In this document: in pieces, positions 10,101-18,364 of the stretch | Numbering within the stretch: position 1 is the stretch's first letter | How the letters are laid out: each line of letters opens with the position of its first letter | NCBI GenBank assembly: GCA_002725475.1 | Contig: PBPH01000051.1 | Span: forward strand, 1 to 57,259 | Length of the DNA: 57,259 nt | Source of the DNA: Methanobacteriota archaeon | GTDB taxonomy: Archaea; Thermoplasmatota; Poseidoniia; Poseidoniales; Thalassarchaeaceae | Reading direction: 5' to 3' | Notes under the pieces: model-generated | Told to the model about the DNA's origin: nothing | Seen by the model: the letters and a program-made list of their open reading frames with translations, nothing else | Database searches by the model: none | Program-made: the position numbers and the translations under genes

Positions 10101-12164
10101 TGAAGATTTTACTTTAATTGGTACGAGTATCGTGCCTGAACCCGTTGATGGTATTAGGTTGTTTAAAGAACTGACAAGTGAAGCACCATCAGCAGTTACA
10201 GTTGATAGCAAGGTTCCCTGTCTAGTCCATTCATCAGTGCCATCTCCCCCTATATCCAACTCAACATCCTTTGGAGCATTGGAGTATAGTGCCACCTGAA
10301 AATCTTCAAGAACTGGACTATTTACATTCCCAGAACCACCTGTGTAGAAATATATACAGAAGGTCAAATAATTGAAAGCAGATGAACCGAAATCAACTGA
10401 TTGACCAGGTGTATTATGTACTAAATTTTGCTGAGTACTACTACAAGATGTGGTCGAAGTCAGCCATTTGACAACTAAGTAAGAACTTCCAGGGGTAGTG
10501 GCATTCCACCAAACTGTTGCTGCAATTGGCCGTGATGTAGTTGTGCCTCCCATGTAACTGTACATGCGCATGTAACCATTCTGCACGTACGAGCCGGTGT
10601 AACTGATTGAAACAGAATCTAGGATTGCTGCCACACCGCTATTTGTGCTGTTAAGATATGCTCTCCAACCAAGTTGATTCCCACTGTTTGTAAAAGTCAC
10701 TTGAGAACCTAGTTGCGCGGATTTCCAAGTTTGTCCTCCATCATTGGTTACTTCATAATCAATGCTAGTTCCGGTGGGTTTCCAACTTATGGCTGCAGTT
10801 AGAGAAATAACATCAGTTGCCCGAGTAGCCGTAATCGCTGCAGAAGTGACAGTTGAATTTCCAGAAGGAACTCCCATTGAATATGCAACAGATCTTCCGC
10901 TAGTGATAATCTTGTGAGAACTTCCACTAGGGCATTGTGTATTGAAATAACAAGTCCAACCGATATTCCCTGAGTCGACACCTTCAATTCCTCGATGTGC
11001 TCGATTTGGAAATAGTATGTCTCCCTGGTGCTCATACCAATTTCCATCTTTTAGGAAAATCGAGTGCCAATTCTTTGCCTTACAGTAGTTGCTACTTGTG
11101 TAAGTACAATGAACATTAGCAGTCACACGATCACTAACAACATCTAGTCCACTCCCTTGGCCACTAGTAGTTGGTATACTCATCAATAGTTTTGTAGAGA
11201 GTGCAATAGTTGGGCTTGAGCGGTTGACATTCCATAGATAGTAATTGTAATTTGGATATGCATACAGTGCAGCAAGGACGTACATCTCTCCGTCAGTCGG
11301 ATCAAACGCAACTCCCCCCATGTAGTAGTTGCCTGATACTGTCCAGTATTGATTACAAGACCAAGTTCCGTTATTGACAGTCCATTTTGAAATGTATCTG
11401 TAACTCCAACTACTTACCCAAACAGTCCCATCCCCGTCACTAGTAATATCTGATATGTAGTAGAGGGAAGTAGTTGTGCAACTGTTGTATTGAATAGTTA
11501 CACTGCCAATTTGTGATCCAGTGCTAGAGTTATACCGATAGATTGTAGGGGCTAAGTATGCACTTGAACTAGACCACTGAGCAACATAGGTGGTGTTACC
11601 TTGAAAGACAGCCGGACCAGCATAGTTCCAACTACCTCCAGAGTAACTCAAATAGCTGTTTGTAGTTGCCCCTACCAAATCTGAAGTGGCAGAACTAATT
11701 GCTCCTCCAGTGGTGTTGTGGGTTGCCCCAACCGAGCTAGAAATATCATTTGAACTAGTTAATGTCCAACTAGCTTCATTCTGTAGTTCTCTCAGATATG
11801 CTTCATCATTATCAACATCTATGCTGTATTTGTAGTCACTTGCGAAGTATGGCACATTCATTTGTCCATCAGTAGTAGATGGGCCGCCGAAATCCGAATT
11901 ACTAGTTGCGTTAGCCCAACTAGTCATTGAAGGGGTGCCTGTGAGGCTGAAAGATGCTGATGTAACCTCTGCTCCAAAAGGCAAATTTACCCCTGCAGTA
12001 TCACCACTTCCAGAACCTGCAAAGGTGTGTGAAAAACTGGTACTTCCATCAGCAAATTGGGTTTCTGTAGTTGCAGCAGATGCGAACGGCAGCAAAGAAC
12101 AAATGAGCATTAGCGTAACTAAATTTATTGCGATAGACTTGATTCCTCGAGTCGTTCGAAGCAT
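7119..12164 (-). CDS. Giant secreted, C-terminally membrane-anchored surface protein (paralog of 38032..43911)
   Basis: The ORF is open to 12290, but that start overlaps the divergent gene at 12278. The ATG at 12164 gives a canonical signal peptide MLRTTRGIKSIAINLVTLMLICSLLPFASAA (alternative ATG at 12197). Other features are a BNR/Asp-box-like TNDGGQTWK, a CARDB-like segment near the C-terminus (ANLGGETFTEFSVSFYSGD...VDADNQIIEVDETDN), a single C-terminal TM helix and a poly-acidic tail DDEYDDDDEYDDDDDY. Confidence 0.8.
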   Translation of the reverse strand: MLRTTRGIKSIAINLVTLMLICSLLPFASAATTETQFADGSTSFSHTFAGSGSGDTAGVNLPFGAEVTSASFSLTGTPSMTSWANATSNSDFGGPSTTDGQMNVPYFASDYKYSIDVDNDEAYLRELQNEASWTLTSSNDISSSVGATHNTTGGAISSATSDLVGATTNSYLSYSGGSWNYAGPAVFQGNTTYVAQWSSSSAYLAPTIYRYNSSTGSQIGSVTIQYNSCTTTSLYYISDITSDGDGTVWVSSWSYRYISKWTVNNGTWSCNQYWTVSGNYYMGGVAFDPTDGEMYVLAALYAYPNYNYYLWNVNRSSPTIALSTKLLMSIPTTSGQGSGLDVVSDRVTANVHCTYTSSNYCKAKNWHSIFLKDGNWYEHQGDILFPNRAHRGIEGVDSGNIGWTCYFNTQCPSGSSHKIITSGRSVAYSMGVPSGNSTVTSAAITATRATDVISLTAAISWKPTGTSIDYEVTNDGGQTWKSAQLGSQVTFTNSGNQLGWRAYLNSTNSGVAAILDSVSISYTGSYVQNGYMRMYSYMGGTTTSRPIAATVWWNATTPGSSYLVVKWLTSTTSCSSTQQNLVHNTPGQSVDFGSSAFNYLTFCIYFYTGGSGNVNSPVLEDFQVALYSNAPKDVELDIGGDGTDEWTRQGTLLSTVTADGASLVSSLNNLIPSTGSGTILVPIKVKSSNAGKLDINNFQITYTMQTVNLNISWDEDMVLHETIDSYKVITRHVIGENANSITSATLDFIASPSNDAPSLTWNSDGTVLDNDPEDWIIPDASLTTSNNSNGIMEIQWAFKVTSHFVEQNNVGFKVSCTDDQGITPLFLSTGPAGIRVNQSYGLGWLKVRDNEGAALHDDIENNEWIKAGEVIHFQGAVWYDGTEDAPLDSTFDVAVIKRTTEGDFLQAKDRSNQYGEFFIPVAVDTIDRPDGVFYEVQIDNPRDPLKVLPVNSSWQRTIRVDASSPILVDASPADNAYEAGMDEQMVRIRIQDEVGSPEELTLHYWVEAEHDSNRNGLADAAEYLNQTMTNTTDDIDKLFFGYIDDSSNPNMARVSYYITGTDVAGNSLLRFDGPGFDYDLVTYRTRKDMDSVFTGLHWAGHEDGERAFAGTTQYLTLGLVDANGLIDFTDISLIFDFEGPDPERDQQRLSFSGVNNTFWTDDEYLVISPACNDISDYNCGAEVITNETGLPWIMVTFGFQFSWDWPDADLSDVALEFSQLGSPEPRRIIFTEHTFRVENDLVLDAETYTVEDVQEPRMGPVSDGSRVVPSDRLRWSGRVIYEGSDVPAPKNVGITVEVFDGVQYWSDGSLTDDGGFSIEVPLGAAPTLASSETRTFLSGVRNIPGRGEDMTRDAVSTTLQVHVDHAPPRVLERLAPIDVIDISNSSALQEVPVMFLGWEDADLSGSPQWVHWLIRDENQRQISSGSSLLGMLQDGQAINWTGTVDLIGDGMNPPLQDYEVGFWIEGWDSAGNPLAPEGNSKSDPVREPVDLNGDNELQWIRFGALGAQLTIDKISADKEIVANGAEIEITAWVANLGGETFTEFSVSFYSGDSEEPFATQKLNGIADEAIPISATWKAEKGVDRVVVIVDADNQIIEVDETDNSASVGISVEYAWGMGWVENARQNLLAVIGIIIAMIVLPIVAFVSMKGAITGRSELFEDDHLFDDEYDDDDEYDDDDDY

Positions 12165-12168
12165 AGGC

Positions 12169-12183
12169 GGTCCCCTAGGGACC
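12169..12183 (-). promoter_or_regulatory. GC-rich hairpin (GGTCCC-cta-GGGACC) 4 nt upstream of the proposed start codon of the giant surface-protein gene
   Basis: Perfect 6-bp inverted repeat read directly from the sequence. An analogous hairpin abuts the paralog at 43924..43940. Confidence 0.3.
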
Positions 12184-12277
12184 GTTCGGAGTTCCATTTC
12201 AATGCTTTGGGTATTAGATGAACACACTTTTACCAAAACAGTAACAACAAAGATGCTTTCGAAGAGGTTGGATTGCG

Positions 12278-13117
12278 ATGTCGGGAGCAAGGCAGTGGAA
12301 GAAATTCAAGCGGGCAATATCAAAACCATTTGAAGATGCGTGGGAGAGGCAAAGAGCCAATCATTTGGTCATCCTTGGAATGTTATCAGTGTTAGCAGTG
12401 GCATTGGTTGCTTGGGCAATCGCATTTTTCATGATTTTCTCTTCAAACGCACAACAGGAAGCCAATAGTTGGGAGAATTACACCGCTGTAACTTGGGTTG
12501 GAGTAATGCTAGCATTCGTGATTTTGATATTTGTGATTCCGGAATTTTTCCACTATTTGGGTGTCAGGAATTCTCTAGTTGAGATACTGGAAACAGATTC
12601 TCGGGCCGAGTTACAGAGCAACAAGCGAGAATTAGTGGAGGGTGTCAAATTACTTTCTGGTGCCTGGCCAGCGCGTTATGAGGCAAAAAAGCTAGAACTT
12701 GGGTTAAGAAAAGAGATGCCAGATGGCATGGAACTACCCGAAAATGATGGGGGTTGGATTAGTAATTGGTTCAGCACAAAAAACTCCAGATTTGTCGATC
12801 GCTTTCCAGATTCTACATTGTTACAAGATCCAGGCATTAACAAGATAATAATTGGTGTATCATTTACTGGACTATTTCTATTTCTTTACAACGCCACTTT
12901 TGGTTTAGCGAGGGAGGTGGTGGGTGGCCCCAGAAATATGACTGTGGATTTTACAGCAATTGCTAAAGGTTCAGAATACAGTGCTACTTGGGCTCCTCAC
13001 ATGGATTTGATTGGCACGCTCATAATTCTAATGCTTGCTACCATTCTATTCATGACCACTCCAACTCCTTCAGAATACTCTGAAGACACTAGCGATTCTA
13101 ATTCCGAAGAGGAGTGA
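12278..13117 (+). CDS. Multi-pass membrane protein of unknown function with an acidic C-terminal tail
   Basis: 279 aa with several hydrophobic helices (e.g. LVILGMLSVLAVALVAWAIAFFMIF). Ends in SEDTSDSNSEEE. No recognisable catalytic motif. Confidence 0.5.
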   Translation: MSGARQWKKFKRAISKPFEDAWERQRANHLVILGMLSVLAVALVAWAIAFFMIFSSNAQQEANSWENYTAVTWVGVMLAFVILIFVIPEFFHYLGVRNSLVEILETDSRAELQSNKRELVEGVKLLSGAWPARYEAKKLELGLRKEMPDGMELPENDGGWISNWFSTKNSRFVDRFPDSTLLQDPGINKIIIGVSFTGLFLFLYNATFGLAREVVGGPRNMTVDFTAIAKGSEYSATWAPHMDLIGTLIILMLATILFMTTPTPSEYSEDTSDSNSEEE

Positions 13118-13133
13118 TGGGAGCGAAAGGAAG

Positions 13134-14057
13134 ATGGCCAACCCCTTGGGCTGGGCGCGTGAAGCGCTTCTTGCAATAGGCTTAATCTCGCTACTCGTGG
13201 TTGGTCTATGGGCGGCGACCGGTTCCCTCCCTCCAATGGTTGTGGTAGAATCATCATCAATGATGCACGACTCTGAAGGTGAGATAGGCGCTATAGATCC
13301 TGGTGATTTGGTATTAGTAATGTCAACCAATCGTAGAACAAATATCGTTAGTATGGCGGAAGCTATGGAAGAGAATGGGCAATGGGAGGGCTGGGTTTCG
13401 CATGGAAAACCAGGTGATGTGATAATTTACAAAAAGAATGGTGGAAATGATACACCTGTGATTCATAGAGTAATTCTTGAAGCAGTTGCAAATCAAACAT
13501 TAACTCCGACTGATAGGGAATTAGGTCTTTGTTCGGAGGGTAGTTGGGATCCAATTAGTATCGACGCAGATGGTGATGCAGGAACTTGCGTACTTACATG
13601 GGATGCACCTGGCACAACAGTAAGGAATCAACCCAACATCAATTGGACGTTTGATGAAATCACTTGCCCAGGTAATCCTCACGGATTAATCGTTCAAGAA
13701 TGGGACCCCGGTCATGCAGGTTACCTAACTCTGGGTGATAACAATAGGTGTGATGTTGATCAAGGTGACCGTGCCTATCAACTTGCAGGCGGGCTAACCG
13801 ATGAAAATGGCGACAGAGTTGAAGCCGTACGTTCAGATTGGGTTGTCGGTGTTGCTGGAGCAGAGATTCCGTGGCTGGGTACAGTTAAGTTGGCTGCCTC
13901 ATCAAATTCAGCCCAAGTTACAGGACATTCATGGAGAATGCTTGGTATCAGCGCAATAATATTACTAGGTGCGACGTTCATGGTAGAACAAGTAACTGAG
14001 AGATTATTGGGAAGGTCTCCCGAAATCTCCCAAGCCATGTTAGAAGAAGAAGAATGA
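13134..14057 (+). CDS. Signal peptidase I, archaeal/eukaryal (S26B, Sec11-like) type, with a large insertion
   Basis: N-terminal TM helix, then VVVESSSMMH (catalytic Ser box), GDLVLV, PVIHRVI (His box) and LTLGDNNRCDVDQ (GDNN box). About 85 aa of Cys-containing sequence lie between the His and GDNN boxes. C-terminal TM helix and acidic tail. Confidence 0.7.
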   Translation: MANPLGWAREALLAIGLISLLVVGLWAATGSLPPMVVVESSSMMHDSEGEIGAIDPGDLVLVMSTNRRTNIVSMAEAMEENGQWEGWVSHGKPGDVIIYKKNGGNDTPVIHRVILEAVANQTLTPTDRELGLCSEGSWDPISIDADGDAGTCVLTWDAPGTTVRNQPNINWTFDEITCPGNPHGLIVQEWDPGHAGYLTLGDNNRCDVDQGDRAYQLAGGLTDENGDRVEAVRSDWVVGVAGAEIPWLGTVKLAASSNSAQVTGHSWRMLGISAIILLGATFMVEQVTERLLGRSPEISQAMLEEEE

Positions 14058-14072
14058 AAATTCCATCTTGCA

Positions 14073-15566
14073 TTAAATTAACAGTGGCCAAATAATCATA
14101 ATCAAGAACATAAATAGTATGATTAAACTAGAGAACCCCGAAATTCGATTAACAGTTTTCTGTACTTTTAGAGGATGTGAGTTAGGTGAGAATTTCGCAA
14201 AGAATGCCAAGTAGTCATGCAATCTGTCTTTGAGAAGGTGGCCCCCATCGAATGGTAGTAATGGGATTAGATTAGCAAAACCAAGGAGCACATTCATCCA
14301 AATTATCCAAAAGAGTAGGTGTAGCAAGGCAGAAGTTAGAGTTGGGCCGATAAAAGAATCTGTAGTTAGCAATTCTGCTTCATTTGGATGCATGATTTCC
14401 CCCTTGAAAACGATTGGACTAGAAATGATTTGTAAAGGCTGTAAAGCGAAACCAAAAGCAACACTGAGCGGATCTTTAGGGGCATCATGTGCGAGCGGAC
14501 CTGCCAATCTTTTAGCCCCTTCTCCATTTGAGGCAAGTCCACTTACTCCTAGAAATGCATCCCCTTCAGAAATTCCATATGCATCGATTATCGCAGGGTC
14601 TGTTCCTTGTTCAATCGCATATTGATAATGGTCTGCTAAGGTCAAAGAAATTTCTCTCATCTCTCTATTTCCTTCTTCGTTTGGTAGAGAAAGAACTGTG
14701 AGAGTGATGTTGTCACCTGCCTTATGTGAATCAAGGAACGTAGTAAATTCAGAGTAATCACTGACCTCGGTTCCATTTGCATGAGTGATAATTTCCCATG
14801 GCTGTAATCCAGCATCATCTGCTGGTTGTTCCACAATGATTCCTTCTGCATGTACTCCTGCGATAGTCGGAGTCATAGTGTTGGCAACCAAAGCCAAAAT
14901 GAGAAAGCACAGAAAACCACCGTAGATGTTCACCGCTGGGCCGGCCGCAAAAACTCGCTGCCGCTCTTTTCTGGGTGCCCGTAACAATTCGCTCCCCTCG
15001 GGTTCTGCAAATGCCCCAATTGGAATCAATCCAACGATTAAAAGCCCAAAACTCCGCACTCTCATTCCGTGTGCTCTTGATAGAATCCCATGACCGTACT
15101 CGTGAACAACCAATGCTACGATTAGACCAATTAAACCCCAAAACAGTGGAATCGTGGGTGTAATTCCTGGAATTAGTAGCAATTCAGACGGGGTTGCAGA
15201 GGGGACATCTGAAGGTTTTGCCAACATCAAAATGAAATTCATTGTGAAGAGTAATAGAACGATAGCACTAACTAATCTGCAAGTCCATAACCCTACTTCT
15301 CCAAATATCCTCCATGCTTTACGAGGTTTTGAAATGAAATCCAATACCTTTTGTCCTCTCTCCGTCCTAATCATCAATAGAATCCCCAACACGCGGCTAG
15401 CATTCCATTTGTCTAGAATGCCGTTTGTTTCAAGTTGTTTGAGTAGATAGTACCAACCTACTATGATCAGTATAGACCAATGAATTTGAACAGCTAATAT
15501 TCCTGCAATAATAAGAAAAATTAACCTAACATATCTGGATGGACCAGCATCAACCTCTTCCTGCAC
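14073..15566 (-). CDS. Site-2 protease (M50 family intramembrane zinc metalloprotease) with a PDZ domain
   Basis: 497 aa with HEYGHG (HExxH) inside a TM region, the C-terminal NLIPLLPFDGGH motif (NxxPxxxxDG) and a soluble PDZ-like insertion between them. Confidence 0.85.
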   Translation of the reverse strand: MQEEVDAGPSRYVRLIFLIIAGILAVQIHWSILIIVGWYYLLKQLETNGILDKWNASRVLGILLMIRTERGQKVLDFISKPRKAWRIFGEVGLWTCRLVSAIVLLLFTMNFILMLAKPSDVPSATPSELLLIPGITPTIPLFWGLIGLIVALVVHEYGHGILSRAHGMRVRSFGLLIVGLIPIGAFAEPEGSELLRAPRKERQRVFAAGPAVNIYGGFLCFLILALVANTMTPTIAGVHAEGIIVEQPADDAGLQPWEIITHANGTEVSDYSEFTTFLDSHKAGDNITLTVLSLPNEEGNREMREISLTLADHYQYAIEQGTDPAIIDAYGISEGDAFLGVSGLASNGEGAKRLAGPLAHDAPKDPLSVAFGFALQPLQIISSPIVFKGEIMHPNEAELLTTDSFIGPTLTSALLHLLFWIIWMNVLLGFANLIPLLPFDGGHLLKDRLHDYLAFFAKFSPNSHPLKVQKTVNRISGFSSLIILFMFLIMIIWPLLI

Positions 15567-15653
15567 ATACCTTGCTCAACTCCTTCTGTTTTGAACCTGC
15601 GCCCGTTCATCAAAGGGTAGTTATCAAAGAGGATGAACTCTACCCGGCCAATA

Positions 15654-15841
15654 TGGAGGAATCCAGATCAGCTAGAATTTCCTCTCAAAGTGTTGAGCGC
15701 CGGCTTTCAGATTTGAAGCGAGAAGTGGATGCAATCAAGCGCATATTATCTCAAGCATCTCTTAATCGTTTAACTGCAGAAGTTGAGCGCCAAGAAACTG
15801 ACATCAATGTAATTGAAGAAGATTTACACCGTAGTATCTAG
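15654..15841 (+). CDS. Possible small coiled-coil protein (62 aa)
   Basis: This is the downstream ATG of the listed ORF 15539..15841; the upstream part overlaps the S2P gene. The sequence is heptad-like (RRLSDLKREVDAIKRILSQ...). No homology recognised. Confidence 0.25.
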
Positions 15842-15848
15842 AAATTTA

Positions 15849-17021
15849 TTAATCAGTGGAAGATTCATATTTCTCATTTTCATTCAAATATGTCATTACT
15901 TGTTCAAAATAACTATCTATTAATTGTCTGAGAGAATCTTCACTTACACTCACTCCCCTAAACTCTGTTATGGATTTATCAAAACGCAATTTTATATTTT
16001 GTATGATCTGCAGCGGGTCATCATTAGCCGTTGCTTTTCGCCAATCTCTGTCTTTCAATTTTATTGATTCATCATAAGGAAAAACAACACTAGCAATCCT
16101 CATAATGATCTTGTCCCTGCGTAACCTAGTGAATAACTGCTTAAAAGCTTCATTTAGTTCATCAGTACTTTGAATTTGATTTTTTATTTGCATGTATAAG
16201 ATAATACCCTCAGCAAATTCACTGGGTTTTTCTGGTAATCTCAAACCACTTCTCGAAGAAGTATTGAATCCCTTAATTTTGGGAAAATTCTTTGCTAACT
16301 CTTCTTCAGAAATCTCTTCTATAAGTTGAGTATTATCAATTAAGACGCGTTTTGTTTGTTTAGGTGGTTTATTTTCCTTACTTGTATTGTACCCAAAGAT
16401 TCTGTCGAAGAGCCTGATTCCTAAGGATCGGGAAGATTTTGATTTAATGGATTTTGATACGTTTTTATTATAATTCGATGATCTATTAAATTCATAATTT
16501 GGTTCATCACCAACTTTCCACTTGGATGCTCTTCCAAATGCTCTCTTTGGAGACAAAGGAAATGTCTCACCACCCGTTCTAAATTCCATAAATTTTTGTT
16601 GAATTGTTGGAGTTATAGTTTGGGCTAGGGGGGGGTCATCGATAGAAATGTTACACCAAATTAAGAATCTTTTAACATTAGTCCAATTTTCTGGATAATT
16701 CTTTCGGTATGGGGGGTGGCCAAGTATTGCCTGCATTACCTGATTTCTTGCACCGTTACATAATACACATATCTGTATTTTATTCTGAAGTACATTTACA
16801 CCACCGAGTCCAATAGGATACACATGTTCAGTATTGTGATTTGCACCTTCAAATCTAACCCCGCATAAAGGGCATTCAGCATTTGAATTTACTAGGAATG
16901 TCACTCGCTCTCTTGATAAATTACTACGTGTTTTCGCCTTTTCCTTCTTATTTTCAAGGAACTTCTTGGCATCTTTCAAGGTATTTTCATACCTTTTCTC
17001 CAAATCGAACATATCAGTCAT
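15849..17021 (-). CDS. HNH endonuclease domain protein with a C-terminal domain of unknown function
   Basis: 390 aa. Zinc-finger HNH signature CPLCGVRFEGANHNTEHVYPIGLGGVNVLQNKIQICVLCNGARNQ (CxxC...H...N...CxxC) at aa 50-92 (nt 16746-16874). The start ATG overlaps the upstream stop (ATGA at 17018-17021). The gene is visibly AT-rich. Confidence 0.75.
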   Translation of the reverse strand: MTDMFDLEKRYENTLKDAKKFLENKKEKAKTRSNLSRERVTFLVNSNAECPLCGVRFEGANHNTEHVYPIGLGGVNVLQNKIQICVLCNGARNQVMQAILGHPPYRKNYPENWTNVKRFLIWCNISIDDPPLAQTITPTIQQKFMEFRTGGETFPLSPKRAFGRASKWKVGDEPNYEFNRSSNYNKNVSKSIKSKSSRSLGIRLFDRIFGYNTSKENKPPKQTKRVLIDNTQLIEEISEEELAKNFPKIKGFNTSSRSGLRLPEKPSEFAEGIILYMQIKNQIQSTDELNEAFKQLFTRLRRDKIIMRIASVVFPYDESIKLKDRDWRKATANDDPLQIIQNIKLRFDKSITEFRGVSVSEDSLRQLIDSYFEQVMTYLNENEKYESSTD

Positions 17022-18265
17022 GATGCCACCTCTTCTTCGGAGATCAATTTTCTATATTCTTCAAGTTTTGTTGAATGTTCCTTGTTGTTAGCCCACTCAT
17101 TCCAATCTGCCCTCATTTTTTCCATTGCCTCATCATTTACAGGAACTAAAGTAAATTTACCTGATTCACGTGAAATCAGCAACAATAACATCCAATCCAT
17201 TTCGCAACCTTGAAGGTAAAGTGCAACCTGTTTGCAGTAATTTGTCTTCCACTTATATCTGAAAATTGATTGTTGATTTTCATCTTCAACTTCAAATGGG
17301 AATAACTTGAGAGTCTTTGTTTCTACGGGAATTCCTTGGAAAGATAAATCCGGTGTCCCACTAACTGTCACTCCCAATTCTTTACACTCAAACCAAATCC
17401 GCTCTCCAGAACTCCAATCATCAGAAGAGATATTCTTGAAATTGGAACTCAAGAACTCATCAAAAGCATGTCCAATTTCAATTACCCCAACCGGAGCAGA
17501 CCTAATTGGCCTAATCTTCAACTTTCTCCATTCTGCAATTTTAGATATGACTTGCTTGAATTTTCGATAGTCTTTCAAATCAGATACCCGCAAATACCTA
17601 GTCTTATAATTATACAACTCAAATACTTCGGGAGGCTTCATTTCAACTCTATTCAATATTTTTTCAAGTTCTCGACCGGCTTCTTCAGCAATACCATCAG
17701 CTATCGGATTATCTATCACTCCGATTTGCCCCTTACTAATGGTGTGGTGAGGGACAAACTCCCATTCAATACCGTTTAGGAATTTGTCAAACCATTTTTT
17801 TGAGTCATCGGAAACTTTTGAAAGTTGCCTTGGTTGTCGTGTGCAGTGAATTTCAGCAACATTAGAATCAAATTGATCTCCACAATCTCTACATCTCCAT
17901 TGGTATGGTTTTGATAAATAACGGGAAGTAGGTGCATTTCCATCATTTTTCTTTCCTTTTGCAACTTTTCCGCTTTTATTGACGAGCGGGCTGTTCTTGT
18001 TTGTTAGGATTAAAGGGGGTTGTCCAGAAGCTGTAATAATGACCAAATTCTTTGCAGGATTCGTGCCCTTGGAATTCTTATTTTTCCACACCTTTGATTG
18101 ATATTTAATAGCCCCCTTTGGTGCCTTTCCATCTTGTGCAATCCAAAGTCTAACAAGCACCAAATCATCATGGATTTTTTCTTCTATGTCATTTACAACT
18201 TTATGTTCTTCAGAGCGATTCTCGGAATACCAATCTTTCCAATCTTTCAATGTACCCTCTAGCAT
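17018..18265 (-). CDS. RecB/Cas4-like PD-(D/E)xK nuclease domain protein
   Basis: 415 aa. The C-terminal half carries GHAFDE (motif I-like), GTPDLSF (D306), PVETKT (E315-x-K317) and QVALY (QxxxY, aa 346-350), in the order typical of RecB-family nucleases. A CxxC...HC zinc-ribbon-like element lies at aa 125-141. AT-rich. Confidence 0.65.
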   Translation of the reverse strand: MLEGTLKDWKDWYSENRSEEHKVVNDIEEKIHDDLVLVRLWIAQDGKAPKGAIKYQSKVWKNKNSKGTNPAKNLVIITASGQPPLILTNKNSPLVNKSGKVAKGKKNDGNAPTSRYLSKPYQWRCRDCGDQFDSNVAEIHCTRQPRQLSKVSDDSKKWFDKFLNGIEWEFVPHHTISKGQIGVIDNPIADGIAEEAGRELEKILNRVEMKPPEVFELYNYKTRYLRVSDLKDYRKFKQVISKIAEWRKLKIRPIRSAPVGVIEIGHAFDEFLSSNFKNISSDDWSSGERIWFECKELGVTVSGTPDLSFQGIPVETKTLKLFPFEVEDENQQSIFRYKWKTNYCKQVALYLQGCEMDWMLLLLISRESGKFTLVPVNDEAMEKMRADWNEWANNKEHSTKLEEYRKLISEEEVAS

Positions 18266-18364
18266 ATTTTCACTTCATGATGAGCACTCTGGGTGCTCTA
18301 ATCAAGCATTGAAAAGAGGCGACCCTATTTGAACTACAACCTATGAAGGATTAGAAAACAAATG

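Noticed and set aside
12165-12290. The longest-ORF start (12290) for the giant surface protein.
   Set aside because: It would overlap the divergent gene starting at 12278, and it encodes a sequence unlike a signal peptide (MLPTSQSNLFESIF...). An internal ATG at 12164 gives a canonical signal peptide.
15539-15653. The 5' part of ORF 15539-15841.
   Set aside because: It overlaps the start of the S2P protease gene on the other strand and does not look like protein sequence. Only the segment from the ATG at 15654 is kept, at low confidence.
18266-18364. Possible att-like direct repeats or element boundaries flanking the AT-rich nuclease island, including the GAGCAC-tctgg-GTGCTC hairpin at about 18281-18297.
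   Set aside because: I could find only trivial short matches (e.g. TAATCA) between the two flanks. The hairpin is equally well explained as the terminator of the upstream glycosyltransferase gene. The island boundaries therefore remain undefined.
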